Shown piece by piece: positions 1 to 8,306 of a stretch of DNA of 64,000 nucleotides. The position numbers and the translations under genes were made by a program. This DNA comes from Saprospiraceae bacterium (GTDB lineage Bacteria; Bacteroidota; Bacteroidia; Chitinophagales; Saprospiraceae). The stretch lies in contig JADLHT010000061.1 of assembly GCA_020848695.1 (NCBI GenBank), positions 35,788 to 99,787 of the forward strand. Direction: 5' to 3'. Numbering within the stretch: position 1 is the first letter of the stretch; every line of letters begins with the position of its first letter. The notes under the pieces are model-generated. The model did no database searches and had not been told where the DNA came from. It was given only the letters and a program-made list of their open reading frames with translations.

Positions 1-1
1 A

Positions 2-790
2 ATTTATTCTGTTGCTGGAATCCTTCCGGGTAATTCAGGATTGGTTTCTATCCGACCTTTTCGATCACCACATCATACGATAAGTGACGTTGCTCTTGTT
101 GGAGGTGGTAGTCATCCTTCGCCGGGAGAAATTTCGTTGGCCCATAATGGAGTTTTGTTCTTAGATGAATTACCAGAATTCAAGAGAACTGTTCTGGAAG
201 TATTAAGACAACCGATGGAAGAAAGAAAAGTTAGCATCTCTCGCGCCAAACAAAGCATAGACTATCCGAGCAGTTTTATGCTAATTGCCTCAATGAATCC
301 CTGCCCCTGTGGTTTCTACAATCATCCCGACAAGGAATGTATATGCGGTCCTGGAATAGTAAAAAAATATCTCTCAAGAATCAGTGGTCCATTATTGGAT
401 CGTATTGATCTGCATGTTGAAGTAACTCCTGTTTCTTCCGATGAATTGATGTTACAGGATCAGCAAGCTGAAAAATCAGAATCTATTCGACAAAGGGTAT
501 TGCTAGCAAGAGAAAGACAAAAGAATAGATTTAATGAATTCAAGGATCTTCATTGTAATGCCATGATGCAGAGCAATAAGATTCAGGAAATCTGTAAAAT
601 AAATACTGCAGGAATGGGATTATTAAAAACAGCTATGAATAAACTACAATTATCAGCACGAGCTTATGACCGCATTCTGAAAGTGTCGCGTACGATTGCG
701 GATTTAGCGGATTCAGATGAGATAAAGATTGAACATCTTGCAGAAGCCATACACTACAGAAGTCTGGATAGAGAAGGCTGGGCAGGATAA
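2..790 (+). CDS. comM: YifB/ComM family Mg-chelatase-like AAA+ ATPase, C-terminal part (5' end lies outside the window)
   Basis: The frame is open from nt 2. 'FRSPHHTISDVALVGGGSHPSPGEISLAHNGVLFLDELPEF', 'MNPCPCG' and 'SARAYDRILKVSRTIADL' are characteristic ComM/YifB motifs. Confidence 0.9.
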   Translation: MYSVAGILPGNSGLVSIRPFRSPHHTISDVALVGGGSHPSPGEISLAHNGVLFLDELPEFKRTVLEVLRQPMEERKVSISRAKQSIDYPSSFMLIASMNPCPCGFYNHPDKECICGPGIVKKYLSRISGPLLDRIDLHVEVTPVSSDELMLQDQQAEKSESIRQRVLLARERQKNRFNEFKDLHCNAMMQSNKIQEICKINTAGMGLLKTAMNKLQLSARAYDRILKVSRTIADLADSDEIKIEHLAEAIHYRSLDREGWAG

Positions 791-858
791 ATCATAATCC
801 GGGATATTACAATTATTCAAAACAGAATTTTCAGATCAGAGTATTGTAAATATCCTAA

Positions 859-1599
859 TTACCGATACATTTCAAAAGCTGCTATTCCCGTTCTTTGCAA
901 AAAATGTTTCAGGGATGTAATTAGTACACCCATTCCATAGCAAACAGACCTGCTGAAATTGATAGATGAAGCTTCATCAAAATAGTTTGTCGGGCAGCTG
1001 ATTTCACCAATATGAAATTTTTTATAAATGATTTGTGACAAGATCTGATTGTCAAATACAAAATCATCTGAGTTGTTCTTATAGTTTATTGCATTTAATA
1101 CTTTCGCATCAAAGGCACGATAGCCTGTGTGGTACTCTGATAACTTATATCCGGTTAAGGCATTCTGCGTTAAAGTGAGAAGTCTATTAAATATATATTT
1201 ATAATACGGCATTCCCCCTTTTAATGCACCTTTACCAAGAATCCTTGAACCAAGAACTACAGGATAAAGATCATTTGCAATAAGGTTGATCATGCTCGGA
1301 ATAAGTTTGGGTGTATACTGATAATCCGGATGCAACATAATGATAATATCTGCTTTTATCTCAATAGCCTTATTGTATAAAGTTTTTTGATTGCCTCCAT
1401 ATCCTGTATTTTTTTCATGACGAATAACGTGATGAATCGCTAATTTTTTAGCCAGATTAAAGGTTTCATCACGACTTGCATCATCGCAAAGAATCAATTC
1501 ATCAACAAGATCAAAGGGAATTTCATGAATAGTTCTTTCCAGTGTTTTGGCGGCGTTATAAGCAGGAAGAACAACGACAATTTTTTTATTCAGAAACAT
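859..1599 (-). CDS. Glycosyltransferase family 2 protein (soluble, dolichyl/polyprenyl-phosphate sugar synthase-like)
   Basis: N-terminal 'VVVLPAYNAAKTL' and 'CDDASRD' are GT-A fold signatures. The ATG start was verified. It overlaps the upstream DUF5606 gene by 14 nt. Confidence 0.8.
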   Translation of the reverse strand: MFLNKKIVVVLPAYNAAKTLERTIHEIPFDLVDELILCDDASRDETFNLAKKLAIHHVIRHEKNTGYGGNQKTLYNKAIEIKADIIIMLHPDYQYTPKLIPSMINLIANDLYPVVLGSRILGKGALKGGMPYYKYIFNRLLTLTQNALTGYKLSEYHTGYRAFDAKVLNAINYKNNSDDFVFDNQILSQIIYKKFHIGEISCPTNYFDEASSINFSRSVCYGMGVLITSLKHFLQRTGIAAFEMYR

Positions 1600-1993
1600 T
1601 TTCTTCTGTATTAATCAGCCTGAATTCTTTTAACTGATGGTACCAGCGAAGACATTTTTTCATATCTTTATATTTAACCTTGTAGGTATCGTATTCCGGG
1701 ATTACGTTTTGAAAAAATTGTTTCATTTCTTCTTCTCCTGTTGACTCAGGAGGAACTGGATATTCACTTTCTTTAGAGATAAACATTTCATACACTTCTT
1801 TTAAAGGCATTGTACCTCCCAGGATGTAGAGGCCCATGCTGTCCAGAGGAGATATCTGATAAATTCTGCCGGAGAAAAAACTGTTTTTTCCATTGCTCAG
1901 ATCTTCCAGAATCAGTCCATTGGACTTCGATGCAATAGCCTTGAATAAAGTATCTTTCGAACTGACAGCAACTATTTGTTCTAATTTGACCAT
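1586..1993 (-). CDS. DUF5606-like conserved hypothetical protein
   Basis: 'MVKLEQIVAVSSKDTLFKAIASKSNGLILEDL' resembles the Bacteroidota DUF5606 N-terminus. The track ORF starts at a TTG (2029); the first ATG is at 1993. Confidence 0.55.
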   Translation of the reverse strand: MVKLEQIVAVSSKDTLFKAIASKSNGLILEDLSNGKNSFFSGRIYQISPLDSMGLYILGGTMPLKEVYEMFISKESEYPVPPESTGEEEMKQFFQNVIPEYDTYKVKYKDMKKCLRWYHQLKEFRLINTEENVSE

Positions 1994-2142
1994 GTAATTT
2001 TTTATTCTAAATTCAGATTTAAAGGGCAAATATCGAAATAATTTGCCTTATAAGGATGGCTGCCATGGATCGACTGGATTTAACTTTTTGTTAAGTTCAA
2101 TGTGAAATTTTTTATACAATTTTGCGGTTTAAATTGTAAAAA

Positions 2143-2682
2143 ATGTCCATTTCTTTATTCTTTAGACAACTTGTGTTGGTATTCATATCACTAATGTCAT
2201 TTGTTCATATGTCATGTAGTCAGAGTAATACCGGCAAATCCAAATCCTCCACTGCGGGCTATCAATCTGAAAATGAAGGATGGTTGGTAGATGTTGATGA
2301 AGCTTATGCCTTATCCAAAAAAACCAATAAGCCGATATTGGCAAATTTTACAGGCTCAGACTGGTGTATATGGTGTAAAAGACTGACAGCCGCAGTATTT
2401 GTCCATGACGAATTCAAAAACTGGGCAAAGAAAAATGTAATCCTTCTCGAACTTGATTTTCCACGAGGCAAAAGTATTCCTGCCAAAAATCAACAACAAA
2501 ACCAAAGCATGCAACAGGCTTTACAGGTTCAGGGATTTCCAACAATTTGGTTATTCGATCTTAACAAGAAAAATTCCAATAGTCAGTATTCCATTGATGC
2601 TCTGGGTTCAACTGGCTACACAACAACACCTAAAGAATTCATCAGCAAAATTGAAAGTTTTATAGCTCAAAGGAAGAAATAA
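2143..2682 (+). CDS. Secreted thioredoxin-fold protein (CxxC), probable lipoprotein
   Basis: It has a signal peptide with a lipobox-like 'HMSCSQ'. The redox motif 'SDWCIWCKRL' and 'GFPTIWLF' are typical of the thioredoxin fold. Confidence 0.75.
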   Translation: MSISLFFRQLVLVFISLMSFVHMSCSQSNTGKSKSSTAGYQSENEGWLVDVDEAYALSKKTNKPILANFTGSDWCIWCKRLTAAVFVHDEFKNWAKKNVILLELDFPRGKSIPAKNQQQNQSMQQALQVQGFPTIWLFDLNKKNSNSQYSIDALGSTGYTTTPKEFISKIESFIAQRKK

Positions 2683-3143
2683 TTCTTCTTTAGTCTTGAT
2701 CTGCTTGATCAATTCATCCAATAATTGTGTTTTTTATCCATTATTTGTAAATTAGGCATCAATTTGCAAACAATGTCCTTTTTTTACACAAAATTCTGTA
2801 TAATTTTTCAAGATTAAAATTATCCAGTTATACAAAGTATTTTACACTCTCGTTTGACAAAAACTTAGATTTATCTCATTGTGTAGCTTAGAAATTTCTT
2901 TCTACTTAGCTCTCTTGAATAGTAACAAAATAATTATTATACCAGCTATGATAATATGTGGACTATTTTACTTTTTGAACTTTAAGCCCTGATCAATCAA
3001 TTATTAAGTGTTACTTTACCTGTGTATTGCAGGTATAATCTTTGTATTAATAATAATCAAATTGAGATTCAAATATCTCACTTTTGTTGATTTGGGGAAT
3101 AGCTGTTAAATTATTTTAAAATTTTCAAAAAACTGAAGCTGTT

Positions 3144-3515
3144 ATGGACAATTATCGTAATATTGCAATATTAAATTACAAATTGATGGGTGCTTCGAAA
3201 ACAGAACACTACACAGAAAGGCAGAATTCCATTGCAATGTTGGCCAAAGCAATCGGGCACCCTGCTCGAGTAGCTATAATCGACTATCTGTTGAAAAAAG
3301 ATCAGTGTATCTGTAATGATATAGTTGATGAATTACCACTTTCTCAGCCAACAATCTCTCAACATCTTAAAGAACTGAAGACTGCTGGATTAATCAAAGG
3401 TAACATTGATGGTAATTCTATATGTTATTGTATCAATCAGATTACATTACAGAAGCTTGTAAGCTATTTGGAAAATATTTCTCAAAAAATAACCAATAGA
3501 AATAAATGTTGTTAA
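3144..3515 (+). CDS. arsR: ArsR/SmtB family metalloregulator (As(III)-responsive type)
   Basis: The winged-helix region is '[17 protein letters not shown]...[19 protein letters not shown]'. 'QCICNDI' matches the ELCVCDL-type As(III) site, and there is a C-terminal 'KCC'. An alternative start at 3186 would give 109 aa and place the palindrome upstream. Confidence 0.85.
   Translation: MDNYRNIAILNYKLMGASKTEHYTERQNSIAMLAKAIGHPARVAIIDYLLKKDQCICNDIVDELPLSQPTISQHLKELKTAGLIKGNIDGNSICYCINQITLQKLVSYLENISQKITNRNKCC
3158..3173. promoter_or_regulatory. Perfect 16-bp palindrome TAATATTGCAATATTA, candidate ArsR/SmtB operator
   Basis: The sequence is self-complementary as read directly. It lies between the two possible arsR ATGs (3144 and 3186), 13 nt upstream of the second. 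Confidence 0.4.
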
Positions 3516-3528
3516 AATTATTATAAAT

Positions 3529-4365
3529 ATGGAAACTAATCAAATCAAAAACATCGTAAAGAGCAAATATAGCGAAATTGCTTTACAGAATAAAGAAACT
3601 AACCAAAGTTCATGTTGCGGATCAGGTTCATGTTCTACAGAGGTATATAACATCATGAATGAGGATTATCAAACCCTTGATGGTTATCATCCAGAAGCAG
3701 ATCTTGGATTAGGCTGTGGACTTCCAACCCAATATGCAAAAATTAAGAAAGGCGATACAATTATAGATTTGGGAAGCGGTGCAGGGAATGACTGTTTTAT
3801 TGCAAGAAATGAAGTGGGCGAAGACGGTAGAGTCATTGGTATTGATTTTACTCAAGCGATGGTAGACAAGGCCATTGCCAATGCCGCCAAACTAAATTAT
3901 CACAATGTAGAATTTCGTCTGGGCGATATTGAAAACATTCCTGTATCTTCATCTGTAGCTGACGTAATTGTGAGTAATTGTGTCTTGAATCTCGTTCCGA
4001 ATAAAGACAAGGTTTTTAAAGAAGTTTTCAGAACATTAAAACAAGGAGGGCATTTCAGTATATCTGACATTGTATTGGTTGGCGAAATTCCGGTGAAGCT
4101 GAAAGATGCTGCTGAATTGTATGCGGGATGTATAACCGGAGCTGTACAAAAGGATGATTATTTAAACTTAATTAAAACAAATGGATTTACAAATATTTCT
4201 ATTCAAAAAGAAAAACCGATTCATATCCCAAATGACATTCTGAAAAATTATCTTAGTAATGAGGAAATTCAAATCTTTAATACCTCTAAGTTTGGAATCG
4301 AAAGTATTACTGTATATGCAGAGAAACCAAAGTCTTGCGGATGTAATGTAACTTGTTGTACTTAG
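3529..4365 (+). CDS. arsM: Arsenite S-adenosylmethionine methyltransferase
   Basis: The SAM motif is 'IIDLGSGAGND'. The conserved Cys positions are 'SSCCGSGSCS', 'LGLGCGLP', 'VSNCVLNL' and 'YAGCITGA'. There is a Cys-rich tail 'SCGCNVTCCT'. It lies immediately downstream of arsR. Confidence 0.85.
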   Translation: METNQIKNIVKSKYSEIALQNKETNQSSCCGSGSCSTEVYNIMNEDYQTLDGYHPEADLGLGCGLPTQYAKIKKGDTIIDLGSGAGNDCFIARNEVGEDGRVIGIDFTQAMVDKAIANAAKLNYHNVEFRLGDIENIPVSSSVADVIVSNCVLNLVPNKDKVFKEVFRTLKQGGHFSISDIVLVGEIPVKLKDAAELYAGCITGAVQKDDYLNLIKTNGFTNISIQKEKPIHIPNDILKNYLSNEEIQIFNTSKFGIESITVYAEKPKSCGCNVTCCT

Positions 4366-4435
4366 TTCCTTTTTCTTTATTTCAAAATACAAATTGTAAA
4401 GTCAGGTTCAATATATAAGGCATCTGTTAGCTCCA

Positions 4436-4729
4436 ATGAAAATTCAGTTCAGTTTCTCGGCAAAAGTTTGGCAATATTCAGGAAAGGGTCGATGGTATTT
4501 TGTTACACTCCCAACTAATCTTTCTGCAACCATCCGAAAAGAATTTAAATCAGAGGAAAAAGGCTGGGGTCGATTGACGTGTACAGTAACTATCGAAAGC
4601 TCTGAATGGAAGTCATCAATATGGTATGATTCTAAAAAATCGGCTTACCTGCTCCCAATAAGATCTGAGATCAGATTGAAAGAAAATATCCAGATCGATC
4701 AATTATTAAAAGTAAAGATTTTAATTTAA
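4436..4729 (+). CDS. DUF1905 domain protein
   Basis: 'WQYSGKGRWYFVTLPTNLSATIRKEF...GWGRLTCTVTIESSEWKSSIWYDSKKSAYLLPIRSEIR' matches the DUF1905 pattern. Confidence 0.7.
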   Translation: MKIQFSFSAKVWQYSGKGRWYFVTLPTNLSATIRKEFKSEEKGWGRLTCTVTIESSEWKSSIWYDSKKSAYLLPIRSEIRLKENIQIDQLLKVKILI

Positions 4730-4761
4730 AAAATCTCCTATTTTCTAAATTGAAATATTGA

Positions 4762-6075
4762 TTAATATCGATAATAATCGGGTTTGAACGGACCATTAAC
4801 GGTTACTCCAATATATTCAGCCTGATCATGACTTAGATCTTCAAGTTCAACACCAATTTTTGCAAGGTGTAGTCTGGCAACTTTTTCATCAAGATGTTTT
4901 GGAAGCATGTAGACTTTTTTCTCATAATTATCTGAATTCTTCCAAAGTTCTAATTGAGCCAGAACTTGATTGGTAAATGAATTAGACATAACAAAGGAAG
5001 GATGTCCTGTTGCACATCCAAGATTAACCAATCTGCCTTCGGCAAGAAGGAGGATTTCTTTTCCATCAACCGTATATTTATCAACCTGCGGTTTTATTTC
5101 TACTTTTGAATTTCTAAAATTACTGTTTAGCCAAGCAACATCGATCTCATTATCAAAGTGTCCAATATTGCATACTATGGTTTTATCCTTCATTGATTTG
5201 AAGTGTTTGGCTGTAATTATGTCTTTATTTCCCGTTGCAGTAACAACAATATTAGCAAGCTTCACAGCATTCTCCATTTTCAGAACCTGATATCCGTCCA
5301 TCGCAGCTTGTAATGCACATATAGGATCAATTTCAGTTACAATTACTCGACAACCGGCTCCTCTCAAGGACGCAGCTGAACCTTTCCCAACATCTCCATA
5401 TCCGGCAACAACGGCTACTTTTCCGGCCATCATGATATCTGTAGCTCTGCGAATGGCATCAACACAGGATTCCTTACATCCATATTTGTTATCAAACTTG
5501 GATTTTGTTACAGAATCATTGATATTAATTGCAGGAAGAGGCAAGGATCCTTTGGTCATTCTCTCATATAATCTGTGAACTCCGGTTGTTGTCTCCTCGG
5601 ATATCCCTTTAATGTTTTGAACCAGTTCCGGATATTTATCCAAAACCATATTGGTAAGATCTCCTCCGTCGTCGAGAATCATATTTAGTGGTTTCCCATC
5701 TTTAAAAGCAAATAAAGTCTGTTCAATACACCAATCAAATTCTTCATTATTCATTCCTTTCCAGGCAAAGACAGGAATTCCAGCATGGGCGATTGCGGCT
5801 GCTGCATGATCTTGTGTTGAGAAAATGTTACATGAAGACCAACTCACTTCAGCACCTAATTCAATTAATGTTTCAATAAGTACAGCTGTTTGAATGGTCA
5901 TATGGAGACAACCTGCAATTCTGGCACCGGCAAGCGGTTTAGATTTACCGTACTCTTCACGAATACTCATTAATCCGGGCATTTCGGCTTCCGCCAGGTG
6001 AATCTCTTTTCGACCCCAATCAGCCAATGATATGTCTTTTACTTTGTATTTTAATTGATTCGATACTAGTTCCAT
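4762..6075 (-). CDS. ahcY: Adenosylhomocysteinase
   Basis: '[26 protein letters not shown]', the NAD site 'GYGDVGKG' and 'GHFDNEID' are all present. It is 437 aa and full length. Confidence 0.95.
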   Translation of the reverse strand: MELVSNQLKYKVKDISLADWGRKEIHLAEAEMPGLMSIREEYGKSKPLAGARIAGCLHMTIQTAVLIETLIELGAEVSWSSCNIFSTQDHAAAAIAHAGIPVFAWKGMNNEEFDWCIEQTLFAFKDGKPLNMILDDGGDLTNMVLDKYPELVQNIKGISEETTTGVHRLYERMTKGSLPLPAININDSVTKSKFDNKYGCKESCVDAIRRATDIMMAGKVAVVAGYGDVGKGSAASLRGAGCRVIVTEIDPICALQAAMDGYQVLKMENAVKLANIVVTATGNKDIITAKHFKSMKDKTIVCNIGHFDNEIDVAWLNSNFRNSKVEIKPQVDKYTVDGKEILLLAEGRLVNLGCATGHPSFVMSNSFTNQVLAQLELWKNSDNYEKKVYMLPKHLDEKVARLHLAKIGVELEDLSHDQAEYIGVTVNGPFKPDYYRY

Positions 6076-6091
6076 ATTTTTAATTATAAGA

Positions 6092-6099
6092 CAAAGATA
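6092..6099 (-). promoter_or_regulatory. Bacteroidota -7 promoter motif (TATCTTTG on the minus strand) upstream of ahcY
   Basis: The reverse complement of 6092-6099 reads TATCTTTG (TAnnTTTG), 16 nt upstream of the ahcY ATG. Confidence 0.35.
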
Positions 6100-6183
6100 G
6101 TTGTATTTGTTCTAATCATATATTCAGTAACTGAACTTTGCAATTCATTTGAAATTTACAAAATCAATTTACTTATATAGCTG

Positions 6184-6546
6184 CTAATGAATTTTATACC
6201 CCAATGCAACTAGAAGAATACAAATTGTAACACTTATTCCGATATACGCAATGACTTCAATAATTTTACCTTCTTGTATTAGTATTAAATTTTCACTGGA
6301 AAAACTTGAAAACGTACTCAAACCACCACAAAATCCAGTAATTAAGAAAAGTTTTATCCAATCTGAATTTTGTGAATCGTTTACCTTATTTAGGAAATAA
6401 CCTATAAGTAAGGAGGCTATTCCATTTACAATGATTGTGCTGAGATACACAACTTTATTATTGCTTAAAGTTATAGATAATAAGTATCTGAATACAGAAC
6501 CAAAGCCTCCTCCAACAAATACCCATATCAAAGATTGTAAGTTCAT
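6184..6546 (-). CDS. crcB: Fluoride channel CrcB/FluC
   Basis: It is 120 aa with 4 TM segments. 'GGGFGSVFRY' and 'GFCGGLSTFSSF' are CrcB signatures. Its start overlaps the upstream stop (ATGA). Confidence 0.9.
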   Translation of the reverse strand: MNLQSLIWVFVGGGFGSVFRYLLSITLSNNKVVYLSTIIVNGIASLLIGYFLNKVNDSQNSDWIKLFLITGFCGGLSTFSSFSSENLILIQEGKIIEVIAYIGISVTICILLVALGYKIH

Positions 6547-7595
6547 GGGATATCAATCAGCTTTTTATTTCTTAAATAATGAATCAAGCTTGTTATAAAT
6601 ATTCCTGTTAGAAGGATTATCCACAATAAATTTATATTGCCTAAAAACTGTAATTTATAAGTAATGGCGATAATAAAAGTATTAATTAGGATGAGAATCG
6701 TGGTAACCTGAAGATGTGTAAAACCAAGATCTAAAAGCAGATGATGTAGATGTTGACGATCAGCCTGAAAGGGTGATCGTCCTTTAATAATCCTGATAAA
6801 AAATATACGAATCATATCAAACAAAGGAATAAAAAGTACAGCGATAGCTATAGCAGGTGCCGCATGAATATGATATTCCGGATTCAATACATTTTTGTTG
6901 GATTCAATAAATCCAATGGTCAGTATGCTGCATATTACTCCAACAAGCATTGATCCTGTGTCACCCATAAAAATTCTGGCCGGAGATATGTTAAATTTCA
7001 TAAAAGCTACCAAAGATCCAACCAACGCTGAGGAAATAATTGCATAGACATTCTGATCAATAGACTTAAACCAATAACCTAAGGTAACGCAGATGATTAG
7101 TCCCACGCTGGCGCATAATGCATTTACACCATCAATTAGATTCATGGAATTAATGATTACCAGAATCGTAAACATCGAAATGAGAATACTTACCCACTCA
7201 GGCAATTCAAATAATCCAAAGATTCCGTAGAAACTGGTAATTTGAATATTGGCTTTAAATACCAAAATTGACGCAGCAAATATTTGTCCTACAAATTTCT
7301 TATAAGGATCTAAAGGTATGATATCATCTTTTGCACCAATTAAGAATAGAATAACCATGGCGCAAAGAATATATTGCAAGTCTCCAAAAATCTGAAAAGG
7401 AGTCCAAAGAATTAGACTAAAAATTACTCCGGCAAATATAGCGATACCTCCCAGAGTCGGAATAGATTTAGTATGGGCTCTTCTCTCTTCAGGTTCATCA
7501 ACTAGTTTTTTAACTTTTGCTATGGTAATAATAGACGGTATGGCAATGTAGGTTACCAAAAACGAAGTAATAAAACACAAAATAAGATGATACAT
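6543..7595 (-). CDS. MraY/WecA-family polyprenyl-phosphate N-acetylhexosamine-1-phosphate transferase (glycosyltransferase family 4)
   Basis: It is polytopic. 'GAKDDIIPL', 'NLIDGVNAL' and 'IFMGDTGSMLVG' are the MraY/WecA motifs. Confidence 0.85.
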   Translation of the reverse strand: MYHLILCFITSFLVTYIAIPSIITIAKVKKLVDEPEERRAHTKSIPTLGGIAIFAGVIFSLILWTPFQIFGDLQYILCAMVILFLIGAKDDIIPLDPYKKFVGQIFAASILVFKANIQITSFYGIFGLFELPEWVSILISMFTILVIINSMNLIDGVNALCASVGLIICVTLGYWFKSIDQNVYAIISSALVGSLVAFMKFNISPARIFMGDTGSMLVGVICSILTIGFIESNKNVLNPEYHIHAAPAIAIAVLFIPLFDMIRIFFIRIIKGRSPFQADRQHLHHLLLDLGFTHLQVTTILILINTFIIAITYKLQFLGNINLLWIILLTGIFITSLIHYLRNKKLIDIP

Positions 7596-7627
7596 ATTAC
7601 TATGTACTGCAAATATATGAATAAACT

Positions 7628-8299
7628 TTAATCTGAATTTATTCCGATGTACATCTTGTTTTCAACTACTTTTAAGATGCTATTGTTTCTAAATTCATTC
7701 AGAAAAATTGAATTAAAGAATTCAGCTTGATTGTTCTCTTCTTTTGTATTCCCTTCAATGGTATTCCAGATTAAATAGGCTCCGGGATTCATTGCTGAAT
7801 GTAGTTTTTTTATAAACTCGCTACTGAGAAATTGAACCGGTATGAATCTGTTAATAAATAAATCAACACAAATTAAATCAAAAGATTTTGAATTTTTCAA
7901 CATAAAATTCTGTGCATCTTGATTAATTATATCAATACCTGAACTTAATTCATTGAAAACAAACTTTCTGAACAAAGAAATAATTTCAGAATCAATTTCT
8001 ACAACTGTATAATTATACCTTAAATTAAATTTTCTTTCTAGCATAAACGGAATACTTCCTAATCCGAGGCCAAGCACTAAAACATCTTTGAAATCTTTAC
8101 TTTTAACTTTTATATTCTTAAAAGTCTCCAAAAAGTTGTAGTATTTATCCTCTTCAGAATAAACGGCATCGCCGGCAACTAATTTGAATCGATTGTTTGA
8201 GAGATAAACTCTTAAAGTTTCACTGTGTTCAGATATTCGTTCATCAAATTTAATATCATTAAGATAACTTAAACATTTGATATACCAGGGAATTTTCAA
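7628..8299 (-). CDS. Class I SAM-dependent methyltransferase / spermidine-synthase-like protein
   Basis: 'VLVLGLGLGSIP' is a GxGxG SAM loop; 'VVEIDSEII' and 'ICVDLF' are also present. The only in-frame start near the 5' end is a TTG at 8299. Confidence 0.6.
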   Translation of the reverse strand: MKIPWYIKCLSYLNDIKFDERISEHSETLRVYLSNNRFKLVAGDAVYSEEDKYYNFLETFKNIKVKSKDFKDVLVLGLGLGSIPFMLERKFNLRYNYTVVEIDSEIISLFRKFVFNELSSGIDIINQDAQNFMLKNSKSFDLICVDLFINRFIPVQFLSSEFIKKLHSAMNPGAYLIWNTIEGNTKEENNQAEFFNSIFLNEFRNNSILKVVENKMYIGINSD

Positions 8300-8306
8300 A
8301 AAATAA

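Noticed and set aside
6076-6183. An SAH riboswitch upstream of ahcY.
   Set aside because: The 108-bp leader is AT-rich, with no G+C-rich pseudoknot-forming segments. Only a TAnnTTTG promoter motif is evident.
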